Positions 26,998 through 35,935 of a stretch of 56,593 nucleotides of DNA are shown in pieces. The stretch's first letter is position 1. Every line of letters starts with the position of its first letter. The notes below the pieces were generated by a model, which was not told the origin of the DNA, did no database searches, and was given only the letters and a program-made list of their open reading frames with translations. A program made the translations under genes and the position numbers. The stretch covers positions 1-56,593 of the forward strand of contig CAYLGT010000005.1 of the NCBI GenBank assembly GCA_964383465.1. Direction: 5' to 3'. The DNA is from an uncultured Candidatus Saccharibacteria bacterium (lineage in GTDB: Bacteria > Patescibacteriota > Saccharimonadia > Saccharimonadales > Saccharimonadaceae).

Positions 26998-28295
26998 ATC
27001 AGCACGAAGTTTTTGTTTTTGAGCGATATAGTTTTGACCCAGTTCTAGGCCAGGCGACCTTTGAGTATAGCTTTGATGGCACACGTCAGTTCAAAGAGGT
27101 TGTGACGTTCGATACGACTGGAATGGTTGATCATAGTGCTCCAGCCTTCGAAGCTGCGATGCAACTAGCGTTCTTGCTGGCGGGGGTGTCATACTATAAG
27201 ACATTTCCGACTCGTTCGGTTAGTTTTAAAGACTTGCAATTAACTTCTGGGCAAGCAGATTTTTTGAATCACGTGTACCTCGAAGGTTTGAGCCAATTTA
27301 TATACGAAAACAAGCTAGGACTTGATGCTATCGTGCGCTTTGAGGCATCCTCGATGCAGCAACCAGAACCTCGTGTAGCCGGTGGTGAGGGTATGGTTTG
27401 CCTGCAGAGTGGCGGCAAAGATTCGCTGCTGCTTGCTAGTCTGCTCGACGAAGCTTCGGCTAGCTTTACTCCTTGGTATGTAGCCAGTGGAATGTTTCAT
27501 CCGTCCGTTCTCGACAGCCTTTCTGGTCCGCTGAGGACCATACACCGGCAGCTCGACAGCGAAGCACTCGCTACCGCCACGCGTGACGGCGGATATAACG
27601 GACATATACCAGTTACTTTTGTGCTCACGAGCTATGCCATCCTCGATGCGCTACTTCACGGCGAGAACACAGTCTTGCAGGCGATTGGTCATGAAGGGGC
27701 CGAGCCCCACGCCTATGTTGGCGATCTGGCAGTCAATCACCAATGGTCGAAAACTTGGGAAGCAGAGCAGTTGATGCAGCGGTATGTCAGCGAATACATT
27801 GCCGCCGACATTCGTGTCGGTTCGCCGCTTCGTTCTATGACCGAGCTAAAAATTGCCGAGCTGTTTGCTGCTCATGCATGGCAGAAATACGGTCATAGTT
27901 TTTCGTCATGCAACGTGGCAAATTATGGCCAGCAACATGACAACACGGTACTGACGTGGTGTGGCAATTGCCCAAAGTGTGCCAATAGCTATCTGCTGTT
28001 TGCGCCATTCGTTGCTCCCGATGAGCTGAGGTCGCTTTTTGGCGGGAGTGATTTGTTTGCAAAGGAATCCCTCACGGATGATTTCAAAGGGCTTTTGGGC
28101 ATCGATAACGTCATGAAGCCTTTTGAATGTGTCGGCGAAATCGATGAACTAAGAACCGCTTACCACATGGCTCGTTCACGTTACGGCGAAGAGACATATC
28201 GACTACCTTTTGATGTTCCGTATGCCGACTTTGACTACAATCGACACATGCCATCACAGTCGTGGGCTTCAGCGCTTATCGATCACGTATACTAG
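26994..28295 (+). CDS. PP-loop (SGGKDS) ATP-pyrophosphatase-family protein coupled to murD; possible MurL-like glycopeptidyl-glutamate epimerase
   Basis: CLQSGGKDSLLLASLL PP-loop motif, a C-terminal Cys cluster (CGNCPKC), and a start overlapping the murD stop (ATGA). Confidence 0.45.
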   Translation: MNQHEVFVFERYSFDPVLGQATFEYSFDGTRQFKEVVTFDTTGMVDHSAPAFEAAMQLAFLLAGVSYYKTFPTRSVSFKDLQLTSGQADFLNHVYLEGLSQFIYENKLGLDAIVRFEASSMQQPEPRVAGGEGMVCLQSGGKDSLLLASLLDEASASFTPWYVASGMFHPSVLDSLSGPLRTIHRQLDSEALATATRDGGYNGHIPVTFVLTSYAILDALLHGENTVLQAIGHEGAEPHAYVGDLAVNHQWSKTWEAEQLMQRYVSEYIAADIRVGSPLRSMTELKIAELFAAHAWQKYGHSFSSCNVANYGQQHDNTVLTWCGNCPKCANSYLLFAPFVAPDELRSLFGGSDLFAKESLTDDFKGLLGIDNVMKPFECVGEIDELRTAYHMARSRYGEETYRLPFDVPYADFDYNRHMPSQSWASALIDHVY

Positions 28296-28302
28296 ACAGT
28301 AC

Positions 28303-29391
28303 ATGCAACCACTTACCAAAAAACTTTCTGAACTTAGTCAGCACATCTTGGCAGCGTGTGAGCGACTCAACATAGATGCAAAAGCCAGAGAGCTAGCTAA
28401 TTTGGAAGTGGAGCTTGCCAAGCCAGATGTTTGGCAAGATTCCGCTAGGGCAGAGACACTCAGTAAAAACGCTGCTAGTTTACGTGCACAAACTGAAAAC
28501 TGGTTAGCACTCAAGTCGCAGTGCGCTGAGGTGGGTGACATGCTTTCACTGGGAGACGAGGCACTGCTTGGAGAGCTGGAGACGCAAGTTGAGACGCTCG
28601 AAAAAGAATTTACTGGTCTGAAAAAGGATTTACTATTCCAGGGCGAATACGATGACCACAATGCCATCGTCAAACTGAGCGCCGGTGCCGGTGGAACAGA
28701 TGCCCAGGACTGGACGGAAATGCTCGAGCGGATGTACCTGCGCTGGGGCGAAAAGTCTGGCATGAAAACCGAACTTGTCGAACGTAGCACCGGGGAAGAA
28801 GCTGGCATAAAATCAGCCACCTACAGTTTTTCTGGCCCCTACGCCTACGGCAAATTACGCGGTGAACACGGCGTCCATCGTCTGGTGCGTCTGAGTCCGT
28901 TTAACTCTGACAACCTGAGGCAAACCAGCTTTGCGCTCGTCGAAGTGCTTCCAGAGATCGATGCACCTGAAGAAGTTGAGATCGACGAAAAAGACCTAAA
29001 GATCGACGTGTACAGAAGTGGCGGTCATGGCGGCCAGTCGGTCAACACTACCGACTCAGCCGTGCGTGTTACGCACCTGCCAACCAACACAGTTGTTGCT
29101 ATACAGAACGAACGCTCACAGCTACAGAACCGCGAGACCGCTATGAAAATTCTTCGCAGTAAACTCGCGCAGATGAGGCTCGAGCAACATGCCGAGAAAC
29201 TGTCCGACCTACAGGCGGGCGAAAGTGCCAGTTGGGGCAACCAGATCCGCAACTATGTACTTCACCCATATACCATGGTCAAAGACACCCGTACCAAACA
29301 TGAAGACCGCGACGCCCAGGGCGTGTTGGACGGAAAACTAGACGAGTTCATAACCAGCTACTTAGACCAAAACTCAACTGAGAGAAGCTAA
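28303..29391 (+). CDS. prfB: Peptide chain release factor 2, single frame with no programmed frameshift
   Basis: SPF tripeptide (RLSPFNS) and GGQ (SGGHGGQSVNTT). TATACTAGA at 28288 lies inside the preceding gene's 3' end, 9 nt before the ATG. Confidence 0.93.
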   Translation: MQPLTKKLSELSQHILAACERLNIDAKARELANLEVELAKPDVWQDSARAETLSKNAASLRAQTENWLALKSQCAEVGDMLSLGDEALLGELETQVETLEKEFTGLKKDLLFQGEYDDHNAIVKLSAGAGGTDAQDWTEMLERMYLRWGEKSGMKTELVERSTGEEAGIKSATYSFSGPYAYGKLRGEHGVHRLVRLSPFNSDNLRQTSFALVEVLPEIDAPEEVEIDEKDLKIDVYRSGGHGGQSVNTTDSAVRVTHLPTNTVVAIQNERSQLQNRETAMKILRSKLAQMRLEQHAEKLSDLQAGESASWGNQIRNYVLHPYTMVKDTRTKHEDRDAQGVLDGKLDEFITSYLDQNSTERS

Positions 29392-29436
29392 GCAGGGCCT
29401 TTTCTTCGTACCTCTTATGGTATAATTGGTACAGTA

Positions 29437-30120
29437 ATGATCCTACTGGACAGAGTTACCAAAACGTACTCGAAAGAGGGTATCCCGGCACTGAACCGGA
29501 TATCTCTTCATATCCAGCCAAAGGAGTTCGTCATCATTGTTGGTACGAGTGGCGCAGGGAAATCGACGCTACTCAAACTCCTGACACGCGAAGAAAAGCC
29601 CACTAGCGGCAAGATCGTTGTCGGTGGAATTGACTACGACACATTAAAGGACAAACACATCCCGCTGCTGCGTCGTAAGATCGGCGTGGTGTTCCAGGAC
29701 TTCAAACTGCTTCCGCAGCGTACCGTCTACGAAAACGTTGCCTTTGCCCTCGAAATTGCCGGTATGACCAACCGCGAGATTCGTTCAACAGTGCCAAAAG
29801 TCATCGAGCTCGTAGGGCTGACTGGCAAGGAAAAGAAGTTTCCTCACCAGTTGTCCGGTGGTGAACGTCAGCGCGTCGCCATCGCGCGTGCCGTTGTACG
29901 TCAGCCAAAGATCTTGATCGCTGACGAGCCGACGGGAAACCTCGACCCCAAGCACAGCTGGGACATCGTCCGACTACTGGAAAAAATCAACCGTTACGGT
30001 ACGACCGTACTTCTCACGACACACAACGTCGAGATCGTGAACCGCCTGAAACGTCGCGTGATCACCATAGACCACGGTAAGGTTACCGCCGACCAAGCGC
30101 AGGGAAGGTACAAACAGTAA
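29437..30120 (+). CDS. ftsE: Cell division ABC ATPase FtsE
   Basis: GTSGAGKST, LSGGERQRVAIARA and ILIADEPT motifs. TGgTATAAT 29418-26 lies 10 nt upstream. Confidence 0.92.
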   Translation: MILLDRVTKTYSKEGIPALNRISLHIQPKEFVIIVGTSGAGKSTLLKLLTREEKPTSGKIVVGGIDYDTLKDKHIPLLRRKIGVVFQDFKLLPQRTVYENVAFALEIAGMTNREIRSTVPKVIELVGLTGKEKKFPHQLSGGERQRVAIARAVVRQPKILIADEPTGNLDPKHSWDIVRLLEKINRYGTTVLLTTHNVEIVNRLKRRVITIDHGKVTADQAQGRYKQ

Positions 30121-31100
30121 TGGCCGACAAACGCGCTTCGCTCAAATCTAACCAGCGCATGAAACGCCGTTTTTTGACATGGACGCGCATGTTCCGCTAT
30201 GGCGCCAACAACTTCAGTCGAAACGCCTGGCTGACGACTGCAGCTACGGTGGTCATGTCGATTACACTGCTCATCATCTTTATGACATTTATCGCGCGAC
30301 AAGCCCTGGTTGGCACTGTCGACCAGCTTCGTGCCAAAGTAGACTACTCGATCTTTTTGAAGTCTGACGTAGATGACGTCGACGTCGCCAATGCCGCACG
30401 ACAACTTCGTTCGCTCGAAAACGTTCGAAGCGTGTCGTTCACGAGCACCGAGCAGGCGAAAGCTGACTACATAAACTCTCGTCATCCGTCGGCAGAAGAG
30501 CTCGAGCTCCTGTCGGAACTCGGGACGAATCCGTTTTATGCTAGTTTCAAAGTGGTAGTTGAGGACCCTTCGAAAACAGATGAGCTGCAGCAGGCTGTCG
30601 ACCAGGACGGTCCGCTCAAAGACGTCATAAATACCGACCCCAAATGGCGTCCGACGTTTTCTGGCGAGAACCGAAAGGTGATTGACACGATCAACAGCTG
30701 GGCACGATTGGCGGAGCGGGGCGGAATCATCGCAGGGTTGTTGTTTGTCGGCATTTCGATGCTCATCATCTTCAACACTATCCGTATGGCGATCTTTAAC
30801 CGCAAAGAAGAGATACAGATGATGAAGCTGATCGGTGCCGACAAGAGCTTTATACGTGGGCCATTTGTGGTCGAGGCGGTTATGTACGGCTTCTTTGCAG
30901 CGCTTATTTCAACTGCACTCGGTTTTGCGATCCTCTACTGGTCGCGCGAGCCACTTTCTAACTACGGCGTTGCCATAGGGCCGACGCTGGAGACACTCAC
31001 TTTGTTTGCACCCCTGGTGTTGGTCGTCATGATTCTCATCGGCGCCCTCATCGGAACCATTTCCTCACGCCTAGCGGTTCGCCGTTATCTGAAGGTATAG
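30120..31100 (+). CDS. ftsX: Cell division permease FtsX
   Basis: N-terminal TM, extracellular domain, C-terminal 3 TM with MKLIGA. Overlaps the ftsE stop (TAATG). Confidence 0.9.
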   Translation: MADKRASLKSNQRMKRRFLTWTRMFRYGANNFSRNAWLTTAATVVMSITLLIIFMTFIARQALVGTVDQLRAKVDYSIFLKSDVDDVDVANAARQLRSLENVRSVSFTSTEQAKADYINSRHPSAEELELLSELGTNPFYASFKVVVEDPSKTDELQQAVDQDGPLKDVINTDPKWRPTFSGENRKVIDTINSWARLAERGGIIAGLLFVGISMLIIFNTIRMAIFNRKEEIQMMKLIGADKSFIRGPFVVEAVMYGFFAALISTALGFAILYWSREPLSNYGVAIGPTLETLTLFAPLVLVVMILIGALIGTISSRLAVRRYLKV

Positions 31101-31170
31101 CAAAAGTAACGCATACCACATTGTGCCTTGACGGCGCAATATGCTTATGCTACAGTGGAGGTAAATCGCT

Positions 31171-32280
31171 ATGAAAAGGTCCACCACAAACCAGCTCAGC
31201 AGATTGAAAAGGGTACTCATACTCCCTCTTATTGCCGTGTTTGGTTTGTTTCCGGTCACTAGTGTATTTGCGGACAATTACGACGCGCAGATACAACAAC
31301 TACAAAACGAGATAAACGGCTATCAGTCAGAGGCCGGGCGTCTTCGTGCCGAGGCAGACACCCTACAGAACGCTGTGGCGACTCTCGATGCTCAGAAAAA
31401 AACCATTCAGGCGCAAGTCGATCTATCTCAAGCCAAATACGACAAATTGAGCGCCGACATTGAAGCAAACCAGAAGAAACTCGAGAAGCAAAAGCGAGTG
31501 TATGCTGAGCGGGTTGCCGACTTGTCATCTGAAAGCAAAGTTTCGCCTATAGAGCTCCTAGCACGAAGTGATTCGATCGGTGACTACGTACGAAGTGACA
31601 TCTACCAGAGTTCTGTTCAGGACCAGATCGAAACTGCTATAAAGCAGGTAAAGATCCTCAAGGAAAAGCTGAGCAAGCAAAAAGCCGACGTCGAACGAGT
31701 GCTAGCTGATCAGACTGCCCAGCGAAATGAACTTGCTGCCAAGCAGAACGAGCAAGCAGCGTTGCTTGCCTCAACTCAGGGTCAAGAGGCGGCCTATCAG
31801 AACCTGATCGGTCAGAAAAACACAGAAATCTCTGGTCTTCGTGCAGCCCAGGCTGCTGCTAACGCTCGATTTATCGGTCCAGCAGGAAGCGGCCCCGCTT
31901 GTGGTGGTGGCTACCCAGGGGTATGGTGTAACGTGCCGATGGACTCTGTCGTTGACAACTGGGGTATGTATAACCGAGAATGCGTGAGCTACGCCGCCTT
32001 CAAAGTTGCCGCCAGTGGTCGTCACATGCCGTACTGGGGCGGTTACGGAAACGCTAACCAGTGGGATGACAACGCAATCGCTGCAGGTATTCCAACAGAC
32101 TTTACGCCACGCGCCGGAGACGTCGCCATCAGTAACGCAGGTTACTACGGGCACGCTATGTACGTCGAGTCAGTAAACGCCAACGGAACCATCAACATCT
32201 CTCAGTACAACGCTTCATGGACTGGTACCTACAGCACCAACACCATCTCGCCATCAGGCCTGGTCTTTATCCACTTCTAA
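31171..32280 (+). CDS. Secreted coiled-coil + CHAP-domain peptidoglycan hydrolase (PcsB-like)
   Basis: Signal peptide, about 200-aa Q/A/E-rich coiled coil, and a C-terminal CHAP domain (NRECVSYAAFK ... GHAMYVESV). Confidence 0.8.
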   Translation: MKRSTTNQLSRLKRVLILPLIAVFGLFPVTSVFADNYDAQIQQLQNEINGYQSEAGRLRAEADTLQNAVATLDAQKKTIQAQVDLSQAKYDKLSADIEANQKKLEKQKRVYAERVADLSSESKVSPIELLARSDSIGDYVRSDIYQSSVQDQIETAIKQVKILKEKLSKQKADVERVLADQTAQRNELAAKQNEQAALLASTQGQEAAYQNLIGQKNTEISGLRAAQAAANARFIGPAGSGPACGGGYPGVWCNVPMDSVVDNWGMYNRECVSYAAFKVAASGRHMPYWGGYGNANQWDDNAIAAGIPTDFTPRAGDVAISNAGYYGHAMYVESVNANGTINISQYNASWTGTYSTNTISPSGLVFIHF

Positions 32281-32303
32281 GTAGCACGTAAACGCTAAAA
32301 AAG

Positions 32304-32337
32304 TGAGCACCACTCTCAGTATTTTGGGTGGTGCTCA
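32304..32337 (+). terminator. Stem-loop after the CHAP hydrolase gene (weak T-tract)
   Basis: tgagcaccac / gtggtgctca gives a 10-bp stem with a 14-nt loop. Confidence 0.4.
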
Positions 32338-32381
32338 TGCTAAAATTGTCAGAGCGTATATAAACAGACATGGAGTGAAAA

Positions 32382-33593
32382 ATGCCTGAAGTTCCTCAAG
32401 TTACCGAGACCGTCCCTAAAAAACGACGCAACCCTCAGATAAGCCTACTCAACGCCGTTTTGATAAGTTTATTTGTTGGTTCTATGGGATTTATCGTTGG
32501 AACGCGTGCCAACGATCTACAGGTCAGTTTTGGTGGCAAAGCGTCGGCTAGTCGACTCGACCTGTCATCGCTCGATGACGTGTATCAGGTGCTTCGTAAG
32601 CAGTACGACGGCACACTCGACCCACAGAAGCTGGTAGACGGTGCGAAACATGGCTTGGTTGAAGCCACGGGAGATCCATATACCGTCTACTTCAACAAAA
32701 AAGAGGCTGACGAGTTCCAGGGCGACCTAGAGGGCAGCTTCCAGGGTATCGGTGCGGAACTCGGCAAGCGAAATGATGCCTTGGTGGTCATAAGCACGCT
32801 CGACGAAAGCCCTGCCAAAAAAGCAGGCCTTCTCGCTGGTGACGTGATCGTTTCTGTTAACGGCGAAGATACCAACGGTTGGTCTGTCGAAAAAACGGTC
32901 AACAAAATCCGCGGCGACAAGGGGACGGTCGTGAAACTGATGATTCTCCGTGGTGACCAAGGGGTAAAGGAATTTGCGATCACCCGTCAAGCGATCACCA
33001 ACCCAAGTGTTCGCTCGGAAGTGACAGCTGACAACATCGGTATCCTACGTATTTCGCGCTTTGGCGAAGACACCGCTAGTCTGAGTAGTATGGCGGCGCA
33101 AGAATTCAAGTCAAAAGGTGTGAAGGGTGTCATCGTCGACCTACGCGGCAACGGGGGCGGCTATCTGGACGCGGCCCGCGACCTCGCTAGTCTTTGGCTA
33201 ACTGACAAAGTTGTTGTAACCGAGCGAGTGGGAGGCAAAGTGACTGACACGCTACGTTCCGGCAACGACGCACCGCTTGCGGGTATAAAGACAGTAGTCC
33301 TCGTGGACGGCGGAAGTGCTAGTGCCAGCGAGATCCTGGCTGGTGCGCTGTCTGACAATGGTGCGGCGACGCTCGTCGGTGAAAAGACGTTTGGCAAGGG
33401 AAGTGTACAGACTATCGTCGATCTCGGCAGCGGTGGCCAGGTAAAAGTCACCATCGCCAAATGGTACACACCAAACGGCAAAAACATCTCCAAAGAAGGA
33501 ATTACCCCTAAAGTCGTCGTTGACCTGACCGACCAGGACTTGAACTCTGGCAACGACCCGCAAAAGGCCAAAGCGCTTGAGTTGTTGCGCTAA
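32382..33593 (+). CDS. S41 carboxy-terminal processing peptidase with a PDZ domain
   Basis: N-terminal TM, PDZ (SPAKKAGLLAGDVIVSVNG), DLRGNGGGYL and SASASEILAGAL motifs. Confidence 0.9.
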   Translation: MPEVPQVTETVPKKRRNPQISLLNAVLISLFVGSMGFIVGTRANDLQVSFGGKASASRLDLSSLDDVYQVLRKQYDGTLDPQKLVDGAKHGLVEATGDPYTVYFNKKEADEFQGDLEGSFQGIGAELGKRNDALVVISTLDESPAKKAGLLAGDVIVSVNGEDTNGWSVEKTVNKIRGDKGTVVKLMILRGDQGVKEFAITRQAITNPSVRSEVTADNIGILRISRFGEDTASLSSMAAQEFKSKGVKGVIVDLRGNGGGYLDAARDLASLWLTDKVVVTERVGGKVTDTLRSGNDAPLAGIKTVVLVDGGSASASEILAGALSDNGAATLVGEKTFGKGSVQTIVDLGSGGQVKVTIAKWYTPNGKNISKEGITPKVVVDLTDQDLNSGNDPQKAKALELLR

Positions 33594-33621
33594 AGAGAAG
33601 CGAGGGGTAGAGTAGAAGAAG

Positions 33622-34017
33622 ATGAACGACAAGAAAAAGATCTTGCTAGTTGAAGATGACGCTGCGCTTGCCGGTGTTTACAAAACTCGTCTCCAGATGG
33701 AAGGCTTCGATGTTCGCCATGTCGACAACGGCGAGGATGCACTTTCAAACACCGTAGAATTTCGCCCAGACTTGATCGTTCTCGACGTCATGATGCCGAA
33801 AATTGATGGGTTTGACGTCCTCGACATCATCCGCAACACTCCAGAGACCACAAACATGCATGTCATCATGCTGACTGCGCTTTCACAGGCCAAAGACAAG
33901 CAACGAGCCGAAGAGCTTGGTGCAGATGACTATCTAGTGAAGTCTCAAGTAGTTATCACGGACGTTGTGGCTCGTATAAAGCACCACCTCGGCATGGACG
34001 AGGCGGTATCTGCCTAG
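33622..34017 (+). CDS. Single-domain response regulator (receiver only)
   Basis: ILLVEDD ... LIVLDVMMPKIDG ... the protein ends after the receiver fold. Confidence 0.9.
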   Translation: MNDKKKILLVEDDAALAGVYKTRLQMEGFDVRHVDNGEDALSNTVEFRPDLIVLDVMMPKIDGFDVLDIIRNTPETTNMHVIMLTALSQAKDKQRAEELGADDYLVKSQVVITDVVARIKHHLGMDEAVSA

Positions 34018-34220
34018 TGCCCGGCGATCCGAACCCTAACCTCAACTACCTGCATGTCCGTTTGAGTGGCAAGGAAAAAGACGTCGAACTCACGCCCGGT
34101 TACCTGAAGTGGCGCCAGGAAGCAATCGCTGCCGATACCGCAGTCGACGCAGTGTCAGTCGAACGACGACTTGGCGGCAAGGCAACAGAGCAGACTACAC
34201 CTGAAAACGAGCAACAGTAA
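34017..34220 (+). CDS. Hypothetical 67-aa protein (weakly supported)
   Basis: The GTG start overlaps the receiver's TAG by 1 nt. No good SD and no motif. Confidence 0.3.
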   Translation: MPGDPNPNLNYLHVRLSGKEKDVELTPGYLKWRQEAIAADTAVDAVSVERRLGGKATEQTTPENEQQ

Positions 34221-34221
34221 G

Positions 34222-34261
34222 ACATAAGCGTATTGACAAAAGTGCAATTATTTGCTATGAT
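34222..34261 (+). promoter_or_regulatory. Consensus promoter TTGACA-17-TATGAT; copy 1 of an exact 36-nt repeat
   Basis: acataagcgtattgacaaaagtgcaattatttgcta at 34222-34257 is identical to 34640-34675. Confidence 0.75.
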
Positions 34262-34300
34262 GAAGTTATAGGTTCCACCAAACATAAAAAGGAAAACTCC

Positions 34301-34594
34301 ATGTCAGAAACAACATCACCAGCTCCAGAACGGCCAAAAGGCCTCATAGAAATGCCTGCCGACATCGCAGCGGCTGTTGAGCGTCGAAACGCAGAACAAG
34401 CGGCTGTCGATGCAGCACGCGCAGCTGAAATGGGCGCGCGCGCCGCTACTGTCGCTGCCGGGATCAACAACAGTCGTCCAGAAGGTATGCCTCCAACCCT
34501 TCCTACAGGCGAAACTCCTGTCTCAACAGAGCTGACGGCTTCAACTGTCCGAAGCGGACGCGGTGTCTCGGTTATCGTTCCACCACGAGGCTAG
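34301..34594 (+). CDS. Hypothetical 97-aa Ala/Pro-rich protein
   Basis: Own promoter, AAAGGAAAA SD-like stretch, and the terminator at 34614-34638. Confidence 0.5.
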   Translation: MSETTSPAPERPKGLIEMPADIAAAVERRNAEQAAVDAARAAEMGARAATVAAGINNSRPEGMPPTLPTGETPVSTELTASTVRSGRGVSVIVPPRG

Positions 34595-34613
34595 CACTAT
34601 ACATACTTCAGAA

Positions 34614-34638
34614 AGTGGCGCGTAAGCGCCATTTTCTT
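34614..34638 (+). terminator. Intrinsic terminator
   Basis: agtggcgc-gtaa-gcgccatttt. Confidence 0.7.
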
Positions 34639-34639
34639 T

Positions 34640-34679
34640 ACATAAGCGTATTGACAAAAGTGCAATTATTTGCTACTAT
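34640..34679 (+). promoter_or_regulatory. Consensus promoter TTGACA-17-TACTAT; copy 2 of the exact 36-nt repeat
   Basis: TTGACA 34651-56, TACTAT 34674-79. The 26-nt A-rich leader has no SD. Confidence 0.75.
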
Positions 34680-34705
34680 AAACTTAAGTAATTTAAAAAA
34701 CAAAT

Positions 34706-35896
34706 ATGCCCGAAACAAGCACCTTACAACCAGAATACGTCCATCTCGGCTCCGAGAAATCGATTCACGATATCGATCTCAGGAATCTTCCTCGAGTGTC
34801 CGATATGCTTGTTGAGCGAAAAGAAGAGGATGGCAGCCGGGTACTCGGTGAAGTTGTCGGTGTGATTACTCCTGATTATCTCGACTCTACAAAGGGAGAA
34901 GGGTCGGGTTCGCTTCTCGAGCATCACAATACCTTCTGTATCGTTCGCTATCCTACCTCGATGGAATATGGGCTGGCTGTTTATGATGGCGCCAATTTTG
35001 TCCCTAGCGAAGTTTTGAAGCCATTCGAAAAGGTTTACTTCGGCCGAGGTGAAGGCGTTAACAACGAGGCGCTGAAGGGCAAAACCGTCCTAGGTCTGAC
35101 AGCTCTTTCAGGTATGAAGGACCGGCGCTTTGGTGAAGGTGTTTCACGCGTCCAGGGTTCGCTTATGATAGATGAGAAGGGTCAACTCACGATCTCGGAC
35201 GGATATGAGTTTGCAGACCCGACCACAAGAAGGGTTGAGGATAAGCCAAGTGCCAACGGTACGCTTATCACTACTCTCGAGGGGCGTAAGAGTTCGCAGA
35301 AGGATATAGTTTTGGAGCGAGTACAGGCTGAACATACCCTGCGTGTCTTTGGTGCACCACAAAGTAGGGAGCGTGACAGCAACGGAAATAACCGTGATCG
35401 TTTACGTCGCATGACAGACGAGACCCGACAGCAGGCTATCGACACACTGAAGGCCATAGAGGGTGAGCAGCCAGGGCTTCTAGATGTCATCCGTGCCCAT
35501 GTAAAGGCCGATATGCCACATACTCGTCAAGCGGTTCGCGAACTTATACAGACCGACACTGCGCTGCGACTCGACATGGCAAAGTATTTCATGGATCGTG
35601 TCGATGAGCTGCGTGACATTTTGCCAGATGGCTTTACGCCAAATAGGGACAAGATGCCGAATCACCCTGGGTATCAAAAGATGACCAGCCGTGAATATGT
35701 AGCGCTCCTCGCTATCTCCATGTTGGATGGTACCTTTGACACGAAAGGCTCGTTGTCTGATCCAGCCGAATTTGCCGATGGAAAGCAGGTGACTACCATA
35801 AATAACGGACTTCATCGTTTAGCGGCAAATACTATCTTGGGTCTCACGAAAGCAAATTCGCCACAAAATCTGCGAATAGTTCGAACGTATAAGTAA
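34706..35896 (+). CDS. Hypothetical 396-aa protein with a weak FHA-like signature in the N-terminal half
   Basis: YFGRGEG ... GVSRVQGSLMIDEKGQLTISDG ... PSANGTLI follows the GR / SR / S-x-NGT order of FHA domains but with insertions. The C-terminal half is unrecognised. Confidence 0.6.
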   Translation: MPETSTLQPEYVHLGSEKSIHDIDLRNLPRVSDMLVERKEEDGSRVLGEVVGVITPDYLDSTKGEGSGSLLEHHNTFCIVRYPTSMEYGLAVYDGANFVPSEVLKPFEKVYFGRGEGVNNEALKGKTVLGLTALSGMKDRRFGEGVSRVQGSLMIDEKGQLTISDGYEFADPTTRRVEDKPSANGTLITTLEGRKSSQKDIVLERVQAEHTLRVFGAPQSRERDSNGNNRDRLRRMTDETRQQAIDTLKAIEGEQPGLLDVIRAHVKADMPHTRQAVRELIQTDTALRLDMAKYFMDRVDELRDILPDGFTPNRDKMPNHPGYQKMTSREYVALLAISMLDGTFDTKGSLSDPAEFADGKQVTTINNGLHRLAANTILGLTKANSPQNLRIVRTYK

Positions 35897-35924
35897 AAAA
35901 TAGCCCCTCGGGGCTATTTTTTAG
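35896..35924. terminator. Bidirectional intrinsic terminator shared with rpmA
   Basis: aaaaatagcccctcggggctatttttt. Confidence 0.85.
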
Positions 35925-35935
35925 TTTCAAGCGAT

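Noticed and set aside
28303-29391. A programmed +1 frameshift in prfB.
   Set aside because: RF2 is encoded in one uninterrupted frame from ATG 28303, with SPF and GGQ in that same frame. There is no in-frame early TGA and no CTT-TGA-type slippery site. The upstream 31 codons in the ORF track belong to the overlap with the previous gene.
31128-31156. TTGACG-17-TACAGT as the promoter for the CHAP hydrolase gene.
   Set aside because: The spacing looks good, but the GGAGG SD (31157-61) would then lie upstream of the predicted transcription start. Co-transcription with ftsEX is at least as likely, so it is not listed as a feature.
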